64,000 bases of DNA from Roseibacillus sp. (GCA_965242925.1 CBDEUM010000030.1:64001-128000), one strand, 5' to 3'. Positions 33,601 through 42,841 are shown, counted from the stretch's first letter. Translations and numbers: made by a program. Notes: a model not told the origin generated them from the sequence alone.

Positions 33601-36600
33601 GTGGCGGATTATCCCCGCGACTACTTGCTCCCCGCACCCGCACACCGCACTGGTAGCGCACAACAGGACCACTGCAATCGTCAGCAATGAGAGTGCAGTG
33701 GTGCTGCGCGTTGGAGTCACGATCAACGCCGGAGAAGGCCTGGTTTTCGGCCCTGGTCATGATCAACCGGTAGATCCCCTCGCCCTCCGGATTGGGCTCA
33801 TCATCGACCTGGTAGTGCAGATTGGCCACCTGTCCGATACTGGTAGGCGCCGGCCAGGTCCGGATGTTGCTTCCATCGGTGGCCGAGAGATAAAACTCGA
33901 TGATCGTTTCATCCTCCATGGCGGGCAGGGTTGCTCCGAACACCCCGTCATTGGCATCCCCGTCATTGTGCAATCCGTCATCCACCATCGAGGTGCTTGA
34001 GAACTCGGGGGCATCCAGAACCGAAACACGGTAAAAAAGAGTAGCCGTCAGCGCGCGCATGGAAGTGTCACGCAATTTCGCCCGGATCGTAACGATATCC
34101 GTGGAGCGCGGAATGGGCGGACTGTGCATGACGTCCTGGATCAAGGGTGCCACCGATCCTTCCTCCAAGGCCGCGGAATTGACACCCCCGGGAGTAGCAC
34201 CTCCTTCGCTCGCCCGCCAATTCTGACCTGATTTGTTGGTCAGTCCCGTCTGAATCAGCTCAAGGGACTCCCCGGTTCCGTCATGAGCAGCCTCCCAGGT
34301 CCAACCGGGCTCCCCGGCGTCCGTCACTCGCGTCCGGGTGGCCCACTCTCCCTGGTCATGATAACTCACCTCATCGACCTGCTCCTCCTTCTCATCGATC
34401 AGTCGGATAGTTTCTCCACGATTGCTCAGAGATCCGGTCCACCCGCCCGCAAGCTGATCAACTGCTCCATAAATAGCCGTGAATTCAGCCGGATCGGCAG
34501 CCACCACCAAAAACCCCCCGGCCGGGATGGTGAGATCCGGAAAGGTGAAATTAATCCCATTGGTGAAACTCCAGTCCTCCACCTTCACGGGACCGTCACC
34601 GATATTCGTCAGTTCAAGAAATTCGTGGGCAACATTTCCACTTTCCGGGTGGTACATGATCTCATTGATCACGATCGCGGCGGAAGCTCCCCCAATCTGG
34701 ATGGTCACCTTGCCGGGACCAGAGCCCAGAGAGCCATCGCGCACCCGATAAGTGAAACTGTCCGTCCCCGTGAATCCAGGAGGGTGGGTGTAGACGAATG
34801 ATCCGTCCCCGTTCAGGATGACCTCTCCGTGGGCGGGCGGATTCACCAGCGACGCGACCAGGGCGGCGCTGTCGATGTCGAAGTCGTTCACCAGCACACC
34901 CGCCGCTGCCCTGATGGACAACTCCTGGTTCAGAATGGCCAGGTAGGAGTCATCCACGGTCACGGGAGGATCGTTTATCCCTGAAACAGTGAGATTCACC
35001 GCCACGGGATCGGAGGTGCGCACCCCATCCATCGCAGTGTAAGTGAAGGCATCTGTCCCCTCGAAATCCGGCTCCGGAGTATACGAGAACGATCCGTCCT
35101 GGCCCAGGACAAGTAGCCCGTGCGCGGGCGGAGAAAGGAGAATTGCGACAAGGGGATCGTTCTCGGCGTCGCTGTCATTGCTCAACACCCCCTCGGCCGA
35201 AGCAACGGTCCTGGAAGCATCCTCCTGCACACCGTAAGTGTCGGCGACCCCGTTGGGAGCACGATCCAGATGAATAGTGACCGTGGTCTCCGGCGAAGCG
35301 AGAACCCCATCGTTCGCACGATAGGTGAAGGTCACTGCTCCGGGGCTCCCGTCCGCTGCACGATAAAAAAACGATCCTTCCGGACTCAGGATCAAGTCAC
35401 CGCTCGTCGCAGGGTCGACCAATTCCGCCACCAGTGTCGTTCCATCGGGATCAAAATCATTGGCAAGAACTCCATCCTGCTCATCGATTATGATCCAGCC
35501 GCCCGGATCGATGGCATACACATCGGAAATGGTTTCCGGGATGTCTTCCACGTTGATCACATTCAGGGTAACGCTTTCCACCGGTGAAACCGACTTGCCG
35601 TCCGAGGCCGTATAGGTGAAGGAGTCGGGGCCGAAATAGTTGCGGGCCGGCAGATAGCTGAATGATCCGTCTCCATTGAAGGTGAGCACCCCGTGCGAGG
35701 TAGAACTCACCAGGGTAGCGGTCAGGACTTCCTCGTCGGGATCCACATCATTGGCCAGAACTCCCTGGCTGGCGCTGCGGATATACTCCGTGTCTTCCCC
35801 GGGCGAGTAGACATCAGGTTGCGTCTCGGGGATATCATTGAGCCCCGGGAGGACGTTAATTGTCACCATCCCCAGCGAACTGGCGGCCCCGTTACTGGCG
35901 CGGTAGACAAAGCTGTCCTCTCCCTCGAAATTCAACCCCGGCGTGTAGAGAAACGTTCCATCCGCATTGAGGGTCACCGCGCCATGAGCCGGACCGCTTT
36001 CCAAGGCGCAGGTCAGACCCACCCCGTCGAGATCCGTGTCATTGTCCAGCAAGCCGCTCCTGGTGCCATTCACAACCTCCATTTCCATGTTAAAACTAAG
36101 ATCGGAGCTCTGCGGGTCGCTCTGGTGGATCTCCACCGCAAGGACGTTGTCTCCCTCCACAAAAAGGGCAGGCGGGACGGGAGGCAGTTCAATCTCAAGA
36201 TTGCCGTCGTCCACCGCGCTCTGGGCAAAGTCGTTATAGGATGGGTTGGCATCAATATTGTCGATACCGATCCGTGTCCCATTGAGAAAGACCACGACCC
36301 CGTCATCGCGGAAAACCCGACAGGCGGCGCTCACAATCTCATCCACGTCCTCAACCGTGAAGGTGCGGCGAAAGTAGGCGGTGGGATGCTTGTTCCGGGC
36401 ATCGCCACCGAAACCAATCTCGCTTTCCTCGTCACCGTCTCCATATCCCAGTTCAGCCGGACCACTATTCCATTGCGAATCGTTGTAACCGGGATCCCGC
36501 CACTCACTGCCAAGATCCGTACCGGTGTCGTCGAACCTCCATTCAGATCCATAGGGCACCACCGTTTCCGCACCCCCCGCTGCCCCGCTCACGTCAAGAG

Positions 36601-38428
36601 CTCCGTTCTCCTGAACCACATAACTGTCATCTCCGGTGACCGGCGCATCCGGCCGGGGATCCACTGTCAGGGTTACCACCGTCAAGCCGGACTGCAGCGA
36701 TCCATCGCTGGCACGATAACTGAATCTGTCTGTCCCGAAAAAGTCGTCATCGGGCGTATAAATGAATGTTCCATCCGGATTCAGGGTGAGTGATCCGTGC
36801 TCCACATCCTCTCCCTCAACCGCGCTCAGATCCCCACTTTCCGGATCACTATCGTTGGCAAGCACTCCCACCCCCGGAAGGCCCATCGCGAGCGATGAGT
36901 CTTCGGCAACGACATAAGTCTCCGGAACCCCAACCGGCGGATCATTAACGGCCTGCACCTCTATGATCACAGTAGCCGGTTCCGAGGTGCCGCTGGCGTC
37001 CGTGACTTCATATGTAAAACTGTCCGTTCCGAAGAAATTGACCACGGGGGTGTAGATGAACACGCCATCGGGAGCCATACTCACCACCCCATACTCCGGC
37101 GGGAGCACCACCGCTGCGGAGGCGTTCTCTCCCACCGCGTCATTCTCCAGGACCCCTCCTCCACTGCCAGCCCCCTGCGTCACGGAGATGTCGTCGAAAT
37201 AGGCGCGGATCTCCTCGTTGCCCCGGGTCGTCCCATCGGTGTAGGCACCCAAGGCAAAAGTATGATTGCCTGCCTGTAGCGGCAGGCTGAAGTCCGCGGA
37301 TACCCAACCGGAATTTCCCCCGTTGTTGATGTGCACCAGAGAGTTGTTCGCGTCATCCCCGTATCGCACTCCATCGATCTCGAAAACTGCTTCTCCAAAT
37401 TCGCTTGCCTCAAGCGGATCGGTATTAACAAGACGATAGCGGAAACTGATTTCCAGCGTAGCAGCCGCCGCCAGGGTAAAGCTCTGCATGAAGGCCCCCG
37501 AGGTTGCATGAGGCCCCGGCACATCCCGATTATCGAGTCCGCCGATCACCACCTGCATTCCAGCCCCCGAAAATCCACCCGACGGATCGATAACCCCTGC
37601 CGCATATGCGGGTTGGCTTGTTCCGAAGGCATCGGCCACGAAGACAAACCCTCCCCTCCCGCCCTGCAGACTGATATCAATGCCGATGTCAGAACTCCCG
37701 AGACTTCCCTGATGCACCTCGATCGCAATGGTATTTGCCCCTGCCACCAGCACCCCGGCCACGTCCAACTCCACGTCGCTATATGTCAACTCGTTGCCGT
37801 CCTGAGCGAAGGTGTTGGAATCGATCGCGGCATTCGGCATGAAGACCGATCCCACCTCCACGCCGTTAATATAAATGACACAGCCATCGTCCACTGCCAG
37901 ATTGGCAACCCAGTCACCCTCCGCAGCCTCCTCTGCGGTAAGGTTGAAGGTATTCCGGAACAGGTAAGTGGTGATCATGTTCTGACCGTTGGGCCCATCG
38001 CCAATCCCAAGGAGAAGATCGGGAGTGTCCGGAGGAAAGGCCTCTACAATGCCACCCTGTAACGGGAGCGATCCGGTCAACCAGGACCCGATACTCGATG
38101 ACTCGACCTCGAAGTCTATACTGTTCCAGTCCCTCCCGGCACCATCCAAGGGATAGTTGTGATCCGCGCCCACCTGATTCTCCAACTTATCGAGGTAATC
38201 CCAGGCCCCATCAAAACCCGGAATGAATCCTCCCGGATTCGTGTCGAAGTCCACGGAAATAATCGGACCCGACCTCGTGTTGAGAACGAGGTCCTCGGTA
38301 GCATCGTAGCGGTCGTCCACAGCCACCGGGGCCGCAAACCCTGCCGCCGCAAACAGGAGTCCCGGGAAAGCCAAAACCCACCTGGCAGGAATGCCTGAAG
38401 GGGAGGAAGAGGGTTTAGAATTCTCCAT
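30635..38428 (-). CDS. Giant secreted protein: 7 cadherin-like/Ig repeats, lamin-tail domains, CotH-like kinase and a verrucomicrobial-type C-terminal domain
   Basis: Signal peptide; repeats of NDxP...GVLxNDxD...HGxLxLxxDGSFxYxP...GxDxFTY; LTD motifs (INEIMYHP, LSEVLA, LNEWL, MTEIMYHP); CotH-like GVRVRGASSR and FIPHDLD; C-terminal DEDGDGLPNLVEFALGLDP...RFIRLRV. Confidence 0.85.
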   Translation of the reverse strand: MENSKPSSSPSGIPARWVLAFPGLLFAAAGFAAPVAVDDRYDATEDLVLNTRSGPIISVDFDTNPGGFIPGFDGAWDYLDKLENQVGADHNYPLDGAGRDWNSIDFEVESSSIGSWLTGSLPLQGGIVEAFPPDTPDLLLGIGDGPNGQNMITTYLFRNTFNLTAEEAAEGDWVANLAVDDGCVIYINGVEVGSVFMPNAAIDSNTFAQDGNELTYSDVELDVAGVLVAGANTIAIEVHQGSLGSSDIGIDISLQGGRGGFVFVADAFGTSQPAYAAGVIDPSGGFSGAGMQVVIGGLDNRDVPGPHATSGAFMQSFTLAAAATLEISFRYRLVNTDPLEASEFGEAVFEIDGVRYGDDANNSLVHINNGGNSGWVSADFSLPLQAGNHTFALGAYTDGTTRGNEEIRAYFDDISVTQGAGSGGGVLENDAVGENASAAVVLPPEYGVVSMAPDGVFIYTPVVNFFGTDSFTYEVTDASGTSEPATVIIEVQAVNDPPVGVPETYVVAEDSSLAMGLPGVGVLANDSDPESGDLSAVEGEDVEHGSLTLNPDGTFIYTPDDDFFGTDRFSYRASDGSLQSGLTVVTLTVDPRPDAPVTGDDSYVVQENGALDVSGAAGGAETVVPYGSEWRFDDTGTDLGSEWRDPGYNDSQWNSGPAELGYGDGDEESEIGFGGDARNKHPTAYFRRTFTVEDVDEIVSAACRVFRDDGVVVFLNGTRIGIDNIDANPSYNDFAQSAVDDGNLEIELPPVPPALFVEGDNVLAVEIHQSDPQSSDLSFNMEMEVVNGTRSGLLDNDTDLDGVGLTCALESGPAHGAVTLNADGTFLYTPGLNFEGEDSFVYRASNGAASSLGMVTINVLPGLNDIPETQPDVYSPGEDTEYIRSASQGVLANDVDPDEEVLTATLVSSTSHGVLTFNGDGSFSYLPARNYFGPDSFTYTASDGKSVSPVESVTLNVINVEDIPETISDVYAIDPGGWIIIDEQDGVLANDFDPDGTTLVAELVDPATSGDLILSPEGSFFYRAADGSPGAVTFTYRANDGVLASPETTVTIHLDRAPNGVADTYGVQEDASRTVASAEGVLSNDSDAENDPLVAILLSPPAHGLLVLGQDGSFSYTPEPDFEGTDAFTYTAMDGVRTSDPVAVNLTVSGINDPPVTVDDSYLAILNQELSIRAAAGVLVNDFDIDSAALVASLVNPPAHGEVILNGDGSFVYTHPPGFTGTDSFTYRVRDGSLGSGPGKVTIQIGGASAAIVINEIMYHPESGNVAHEFLELTNIGDGPVKVEDWSFTNGINFTFPDLTIPAGGFLVVAADPAEFTAIYGAVDQLAGGWTGSLSNRGETIRLIDEKEEQVDEVSYHDQGEWATRTRVTDAGEPGWTWEAAHDGTGESLELIQTGLTNKSGQNWRASEGGATPGGVNSAALEEGSVAPLIQDVMHSPPIPRSTDIVTIRAKLRDTSMRALTATLFYRVSVLDAPEFSSTSMVDDGLHNDGDANDGVFGATLPAMEDETIIEFYLSATDGSNIRTWPAPTSIGQVANLHYQVDDEPNPEGEGIYRLIMTRAENQAFSGVDRDSNAQHHCTLIADDCSGPVVRYQCGVRVRGASSRGDNPPPMRVNLPRDRPWNGSSQMNLNTQYTWLQFIGMKLFQASDLPAPDSKRIAFRRNGNDPARDRQEDYGSFVHLQPLNFEFVDEKMTQDPQGNLYKKVRPDVNWAYRGGDLDRYARDGWGKQTNGSENDWTDLDEFLRVMNQADNDPDYIDQVEVVANLDQWMRWFAAETLIANGETNASNGTDDDYSMYRGVIDPRFQFIPHDLDTILGRGDGSRITDPEHTLFDMVRSGQTLGPLVPLFEEPAIRIRYFQALRDLIQTSFSKTRFDALLSNHLSGWVPQNVMDDLIDFMDDRRTHVRGIVDEELGPAPPLLAPTTLSSESSPHGTLFLSEVLAVNESAHEVDGKFPDYIELGNTGLTRSLSGYSITDDPSDPLKFVFPVGTSIASGQRLMLYADSGTGQGIRLGFSLNGAGENVLLFNPAGTLVDSVVFGPQVENLSIGRIGPGEIDWGLTLPTPGGLNQPLSLGNPAGLRLNEWLSKPEVVYTQDFLELYNPEPLPISIGGTLITDDPLNFTRSAILPALSFIGGGGFAVLEAAGTSANSPSELPFKLGAAYGWVAIYGSNQVEIDRVHTACDAPDQSQGRETDGASLYVQFAVPTPGFSNSTDLSPENRVLESLRMTEIMYHPVEFADSEFIEVRNVGNLPINLDGVEFTKGIEFEFPEMILAPGEYAVVVSDEDVFQAVHGFGVNIAGEWSGKLDNDQDRLRLEIVDLNAVVHDFIYRDWWYPSTDGGGYSLVIVDEYGSPGRWGEKESWTSARAAGGSPGAGSGFFVFGGVDQEIALPAGATLNATVHYGPLDRADVTLNWILENGPAVATLGNGSNEDTTVTVPVAGRYTFALIATPDAGPVQTGEVTVIFRDSYQAWAARQFGGPEGAGAGRVADEDGDGLPNLVEFALGLDPHLADADALVTPFRSPDGELNLVYFRAYLSEGYQVIPEVSSDLVSWQSGPNFVSEIVIAETDQGEWIQAGDLFGYDGVTSRFIRLRVDGPE

Positions 38429-38928
38429 CGGGAGCACAATTGAGGGAGGAAGTGGAACGATCCGGTAGATTGTGACTTGCACAGTAACCCTGCCGGCACG
38501 CTCTGGTCAATGCACGGGACCGCTTAAGTCCCCGGGCACAAGGACCCCATCTCCGGAAAATTTCCTCTCTGCTCCCCCTCCCGGGTTACCACTTCGAGGC
38601 CTTTCGACCTCTCCTCTTTCCTTCTCCTATCCGGGCGGGAAGAAAGACACCTTCAGGATTCCGGTTCTGCTGCGACCCCATGTGACATCGCACCACGTTC
38701 CAGCCCCCCTCCTCCACCGCGCTGACCAGCGCGATCTGCAACGATGGTGACATCTCCCTCCGCATCCGGAAACACTTCAAACTCTCCCGGGATCTGATAT
38801 TGCGCAACGACCTCACCGGGACGGCCCTTCACGAGGTGACAATGACCCGTCTTTCCCTACCCCGATTTTTCTCTGTTCTTCCAGGGACAGCTTACCGAAG
38901 GTAACTCCCGAGAGAAGCCCTCGCCCTC

Positions 38929-40209
38929 ATGTCCCCCGAGTTCAACACCCTCGCCATTGTTCTCCTAATCGCCCTCCTTCTTCTCTGGAAGCTCGATCTT
39001 GTGGCCACCCTGCTCAACCTGGGCGCCCTCAGACCGGAACTGCCCGGGGAATTCACTGATGTCTACGACGCGGAGAAGTATGCCAAATCCCAGGAATACA
39101 CCCAGGCCCATTCCCGATTCGGCATCATCTCTTCCATCACCTCCCTGACCATCCTGCTGGTCTTCTGGTTCTTAGGTGGATTCAGCTGGCTTGATACCTG
39201 GACGCGCTCCCTGGAACTAGGCGACGTCACTACCGGCATGGCCTACGTCTTTGCCCTCCTCCTCGGCAACTACCTCCTCACTCTCCCCTTCACCATCTAT
39301 GACACCTTCGTCCTGGAGGAGCGCTTCGGGTTCAACAAGACCACTCGCCGGACATTCCTCGTCGACCAGAGCAAGTCGATCGTCCTCATGACCCTTATCG
39401 GCGCGCCTCTCCTCGCCGGCATCCTCCTCATCTTTCATCATGTTCCCCAAGCATGGTTCTGGGCCTGGGTCGCCTTCAGCATCTTTGTCCTGGCCATAAC
39501 CTATCTCGCCCCTTCCCTCATCATGCCGCTCTTCAACAAGTTCGAACCGATGGAGGACGGTGAACTCAGGGATGCCATCTACAGGATGGCGGAAGAATGC
39601 GATTTCCCCCTGACCGAAATCACAGTCATGGACGGTTCGCGACGTTCCGCCAAGTCCAACGCCTTCTTCATGGGATTTGGCAAGAGCAAGAAAATCGCCC
39701 TTTACGACACCCTGGTTGAAAACCACTCCACCGAGGAACTGGTCGCCGTGCTGGCTCACGAAATCGGACACTTCAAGCGCAGGCACATCATCCAGCGCCT
39801 GGTCCTTTCCATCCTTCAGTTCGGCCTCCTCTTCTACCTTCTCGGGCACCTCATCAACCCCGAAAGCAGCTTCGCGCAGCAACTTTTCGCCGCCTTCGGC
39901 ATTCCCGCCGACCACATTTCTCCGCATGCCGGACTCATCTTCTTCGGCATCCTCTTCAGTCCGGTCAGTCGCTTCCTGGGAATTCTCCTCAACGCCTGGT
40001 CACGCAAACACGAGTTTGAGGCGGATGCCTACGCCGCCCAGGTGCAGAAAACCCCTGATCACCTGATCGCCGCCCTGAAGAAACTCTCCGCCGATAATCT
40101 TTCCAACCTCACCCCGCACCGGTTCCGGGTTATCCTCGACTATTCCCACCCGCCCGCTCTCGTCCGGATCGCCGCCCTCCGAAGCCTTGCGCCGACATCA
40201 ACATCGTGA
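38929..40209 (+). CDS. M48 family (Ste24-like) membrane zinc metallopeptidase
   Basis: MDGSRRSAKSNAFFMGFG, LAHEIGH, EFEADAYA and YSHPP motifs. Confidence 0.93.
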   Translation: MSPEFNTLAIVLLIALLLLWKLDLVATLLNLGALRPELPGEFTDVYDAEKYAKSQEYTQAHSRFGIISSITSLTILLVFWFLGGFSWLDTWTRSLELGDVTTGMAYVFALLLGNYLLTLPFTIYDTFVLEERFGFNKTTRRTFLVDQSKSIVLMTLIGAPLLAGILLIFHHVPQAWFWAWVAFSIFVLAITYLAPSLIMPLFNKFEPMEDGELRDAIYRMAEECDFPLTEITVMDGSRRSAKSNAFFMGFGKSKKIALYDTLVENHSTEELVAVLAHEIGHFKRRHIIQRLVLSILQFGLLFYLLGHLINPESSFAQQLFAAFGIPADHISPHAGLIFFGILFSPVSRFLGILLNAWSRKHEFEADAYAAQVQKTPDHLIAALKKLSADNLSNLTPHRFRVILDYSHPPALVRIAALRSLAPTSTS

Positions 40210-40221
40210 CGGAGCTTCGCG

Positions 40222-41346
40222 GTGACAAGGCTCCTCCTCACCCATCTCAGCGCGGCCCTCGCCGGAGGACTGATCATCTTTTTGCTCGTTGCCAGGGATA
40301 ACCGACCGGATCCTTCCGGTCACCGGTCTCTCAGGGAAGTCCCTGATCGTCCCGGCAATTCCAGGCTCCCCTCTCGAAAATCATTCCGGGTCCCCGGATC
40401 TTCTGCTTCCGTGGGATCCTCCGGGAAAGAGCAGCGAAACGATTTCCCCGAGGTGGAGGAGGCCGAGGAATTCCTTCGGCAGGCAGGCCTTCACCACCCC
40501 TCCAGGTCCGAGCTGGAGAATTATCTTTCCTCCCGCAATCATTCTGCCGAGGCGTGTCTCGCGGCCGGATTGATCCTTCAGGATACCGAACTCCTGAAGG
40601 AGGCTCTCGAAAGGGAGCCCTCCAATCCACACGCCCTCTTCACCCTCGCTTCCCGCGAGGACTTTCCCTCCTCCCAACGCCTGGCCTGGGCCGCACAGCT
40701 TCACGAGCTGCAACCGGAAAACGCCCTTGCTTCCTATCTCATCGCCAAGCTCAACTGGGAAGCCGGGGAAATCGACTCTGCACTCGAATCGCTTGAACGG
40801 GCACACCAGCAGCCCGGCTTTGAGAGCTTCGCCTCTGAATCCATGATGGCAGTGACGGACGCGCTTCGCGCCACTGGAAGCAGTCCAGGCGGGGCCGCCC
40901 TCTACAGCTCCCTGACAAGCGAAGTGCCCCACCTCTCTGAACTGCTTTCCCTGAGCAGGAATCTGCAGGGGTATTGGCAGGAGGCCCCACCCGGGGAAGC
41001 TGCCATCCTGAGAGAGCAAAACGCTGCCCTGGGGGCGCGTCTGGCCCAGGGCGGGGAATCCGAATTCCTCATTTCGGAACTGGTCGGCCTCGCCATCCAG
41101 AACACCGCCTACGAAGACCTTCCGCAGGACGCTCCCCTGCCTCGCGATGGCATTGATTCACAGCAGCTGGAACAATCCATCGAGCAACGCCGGTCCGAAA
41201 TCCGGGAAATCTCTCAGCCTGGCCCGATTGAACTCCTGCGTGCCTCGCCAGAAATGATCGAAGGCTATGCCATGCGTGTTCATGCCCTCGGCGAACTCAA
41301 AGCCCTGAGCTGGCTGCGCTCACATGCCCAACCGCCCGGGCAATAA
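40222..41346 (+). CDS. Hypothetical membrane-anchored helical (TPR-like) protein
   Basis: 374-aa ORF 12 nt after the M48 stop; N-terminal hydrophobic anchor; LQPENALASYLIA...ALESLERA TPR-like segment. Confidence 0.7.
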   Translation: MTRLLLTHLSAALAGGLIIFLLVARDNRPDPSGHRSLREVPDRPGNSRLPSRKSFRVPGSSASVGSSGKEQRNDFPEVEEAEEFLRQAGLHHPSRSELENYLSSRNHSAEACLAAGLILQDTELLKEALEREPSNPHALFTLASREDFPSSQRLAWAAQLHELQPENALASYLIAKLNWEAGEIDSALESLERAHQQPGFESFASESMMAVTDALRATGSSPGGAALYSSLTSEVPHLSELLSLSRNLQGYWQEAPPGEAAILREQNAALGARLAQGGESEFLISELVGLAIQNTAYEDLPQDAPLPRDGIDSQQLEQSIEQRRSEIREISQPGPIELLRASPEMIEGYAMRVHALGELKALSWLRSHAQPPGQ

Positions 41347-41368
41347 GAAAACATCCCTTCCCCGTCTC

Positions 41369-41470
41369 CTCACTCCGCACCAACTCCGCGTCGTTCTCGA
41401 TTACTCTGATCCTCCCGTTCTCGTTCGCATCCAGGCCCTCCGCGCCCTTCCCCAAGGGATCTCCTCGTGA
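41369..41470 (+). pseudogene. Relic 3' end of an M48 peptidase gene (diverged copy of 40108-40209)
   Basis: Translates as LTPHQLRVVLDYSDPPVLVRIQALRALPQGISS* versus LTPHRFRVILDYSHPPALVRIAALRSLAPTSTS*; same length, 21/33 identical, no start codon. Confidence 0.85.
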
Positions 41471-41516
41471 TACAGGTGGGGGAGTGAAGCCCGTGCTCAA
41501 ACGTCTCTCTGCCCCA

Positions 41517-42371
41517 ATGAAGAATCTCTTCCCTCTCCTCTTCTTTGCGGCGACCTTCCTCACCGCCTCCGCCCACCGCATCCAGGCGAAGGAACCCGGC
41601 CCCTTCAAGATCCTCACCTACAACGTCCTCTACGGCTTCAACTTCCAGAAGTCCACTGACCTCGGAACGCAATGGATCAAGGGCCAGCATGCCGACCTGG
41701 TCGCCCTGCAGGAGATGACCAAGTACACCCAGGTCAAGCTCACTGCCCTGGCGAAGAAATGGGGCCACCAGCACTCCGTCATCCTGAAAGAGAACGGCTT
41801 CCCGGTCTGCCTCACCGCCAACTCTGCCATCGAAGTGATCGAGAAACGTGTCGAGGACATGTGGCACGGATATCTCCACTGCAAAGTGCGTGGAGTGAAC
41901 ATCTTCGTGGTGCATCTCTCGCCTTCCAATCACAATGTTCGTGTCAAGGAAGCGGGCATTCTCTGCGCAAAGGTGAAACTCCTCCTCGCCGCAGACCAAC
42001 GGGTCATCATCATGGGCGATTTCAACTGCAACTCACCCCTCGACCGGGATTGGCTTGAAGCGCAACCGAGCACGCAGGAATGGCGGGAGAAATTGCCCGA
42101 CAATGCCGATCCCGGCTACCTCACCATGAGCCAGTTCCACGCAGCCGGCCTCTATGACCTCGTCCACGAAAAATGCCCCGCCGCCCAGGTCCGACTCGGC
42201 ACCTTCTCGACCCGCATCAAGAAGCAGGACCGCCCCGGCGACCGCTGGCGCATCGACTTCATCCTCACCGACCCCACTCTCGCCCTCCGCTGCATCAACG
42301 CTGATACCTCGCGCGATCCCGTCCTCCACAAGATCTCCGATCACTTCCCGGTCCAGGCCACCTTCCGTTGA
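41517..42371 (+). CDS. Secreted endonuclease/exonuclease/phosphatase (EEP) family protein
   Basis: Signal peptide; ILTYNV, DLVALQE, MGDFN, RIDFI and SDHFPV motifs. Confidence 0.9.
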   Translation: MKNLFPLLFFAATFLTASAHRIQAKEPGPFKILTYNVLYGFNFQKSTDLGTQWIKGQHADLVALQEMTKYTQVKLTALAKKWGHQHSVILKENGFPVCLTANSAIEVIEKRVEDMWHGYLHCKVRGVNIFVVHLSPSNHNVRVKEAGILCAKVKLLLAADQRVIIMGDFNCNSPLDRDWLEAQPSTQEWREKLPDNADPGYLTMSQFHAAGLYDLVHEKCPAAQVRLGTFSTRIKKQDRPGDRWRIDFILTDPTLALRCINADTSRDPVLHKISDHFPVQATFR

Positions 42372-42494
42372 TCGCATTCTCCCCTACGATTCCCTCAGTC
42401 TTGAAATCTGGGTCTGAAGTGATTTGGAGCTTGGAGACTTGAGCTTCGGCAACACTCCACCTGCCTCGACCGCCTCATTCCTTGCCCCAAGTGC

Positions 42495-42841
42495 TCAAGC
42501 CTCTCCCTTGATCGGCACTGCAATTGCTTCGCACTCCTTCTCCCAGCCAGGAAAATTCCATACATTGGGAAATCCCCTGCACTGCGCCGGCTTCACCTCG
42601 TGAATGCGGCATTCATCCCCCTCCAGCATGATGCACTCCGAACTCGCGTCCTTGTCCACAAGGGACAGACCGGTCCGGTTCGCCCGGATCCTCGTAAACT
42701 CCTGGACGAATTCGTGTTCCCTCATCCCAAGGAAGACTGCAATTTTCGCAATCTCCTCATCCTCAACTGCCACATCCCCGACCCACCTGCAACACGCTGT
42801 GCAACGCTGGCAGACGTAGTGATGGCGCGGTTTTTAGACAC
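42495..42841 (-). pseudogene. YkgJ family cysteine-cluster protein with a probable frameshift near the start
   Basis: The frame upstream of the tracked ORF reads HYVCQRCTACCRWVGDV, then ECIMLEG-CRIHEVKPAQCRGFP. One extra base in the T5 run at 42831-42835 joins it to the GTG at 42841. Confidence 0.75.

Noticed and set aside
34700..37150. Repetitive-looking DNA as a possible CRISPR array or DGR repeat
   Set aside because: These are diverged protein-coding Ig-like repeats. I saw no identical direct repeats with spacers, cas genes or reverse transcriptase.
38483..38928. Possible gene remnant (DGDISLRIRKHFKLSRDLILRNDLTG) in the divergent gap
   Set aside because: No start codon or family recognisable; cannot be supported without a tBLASTn search.
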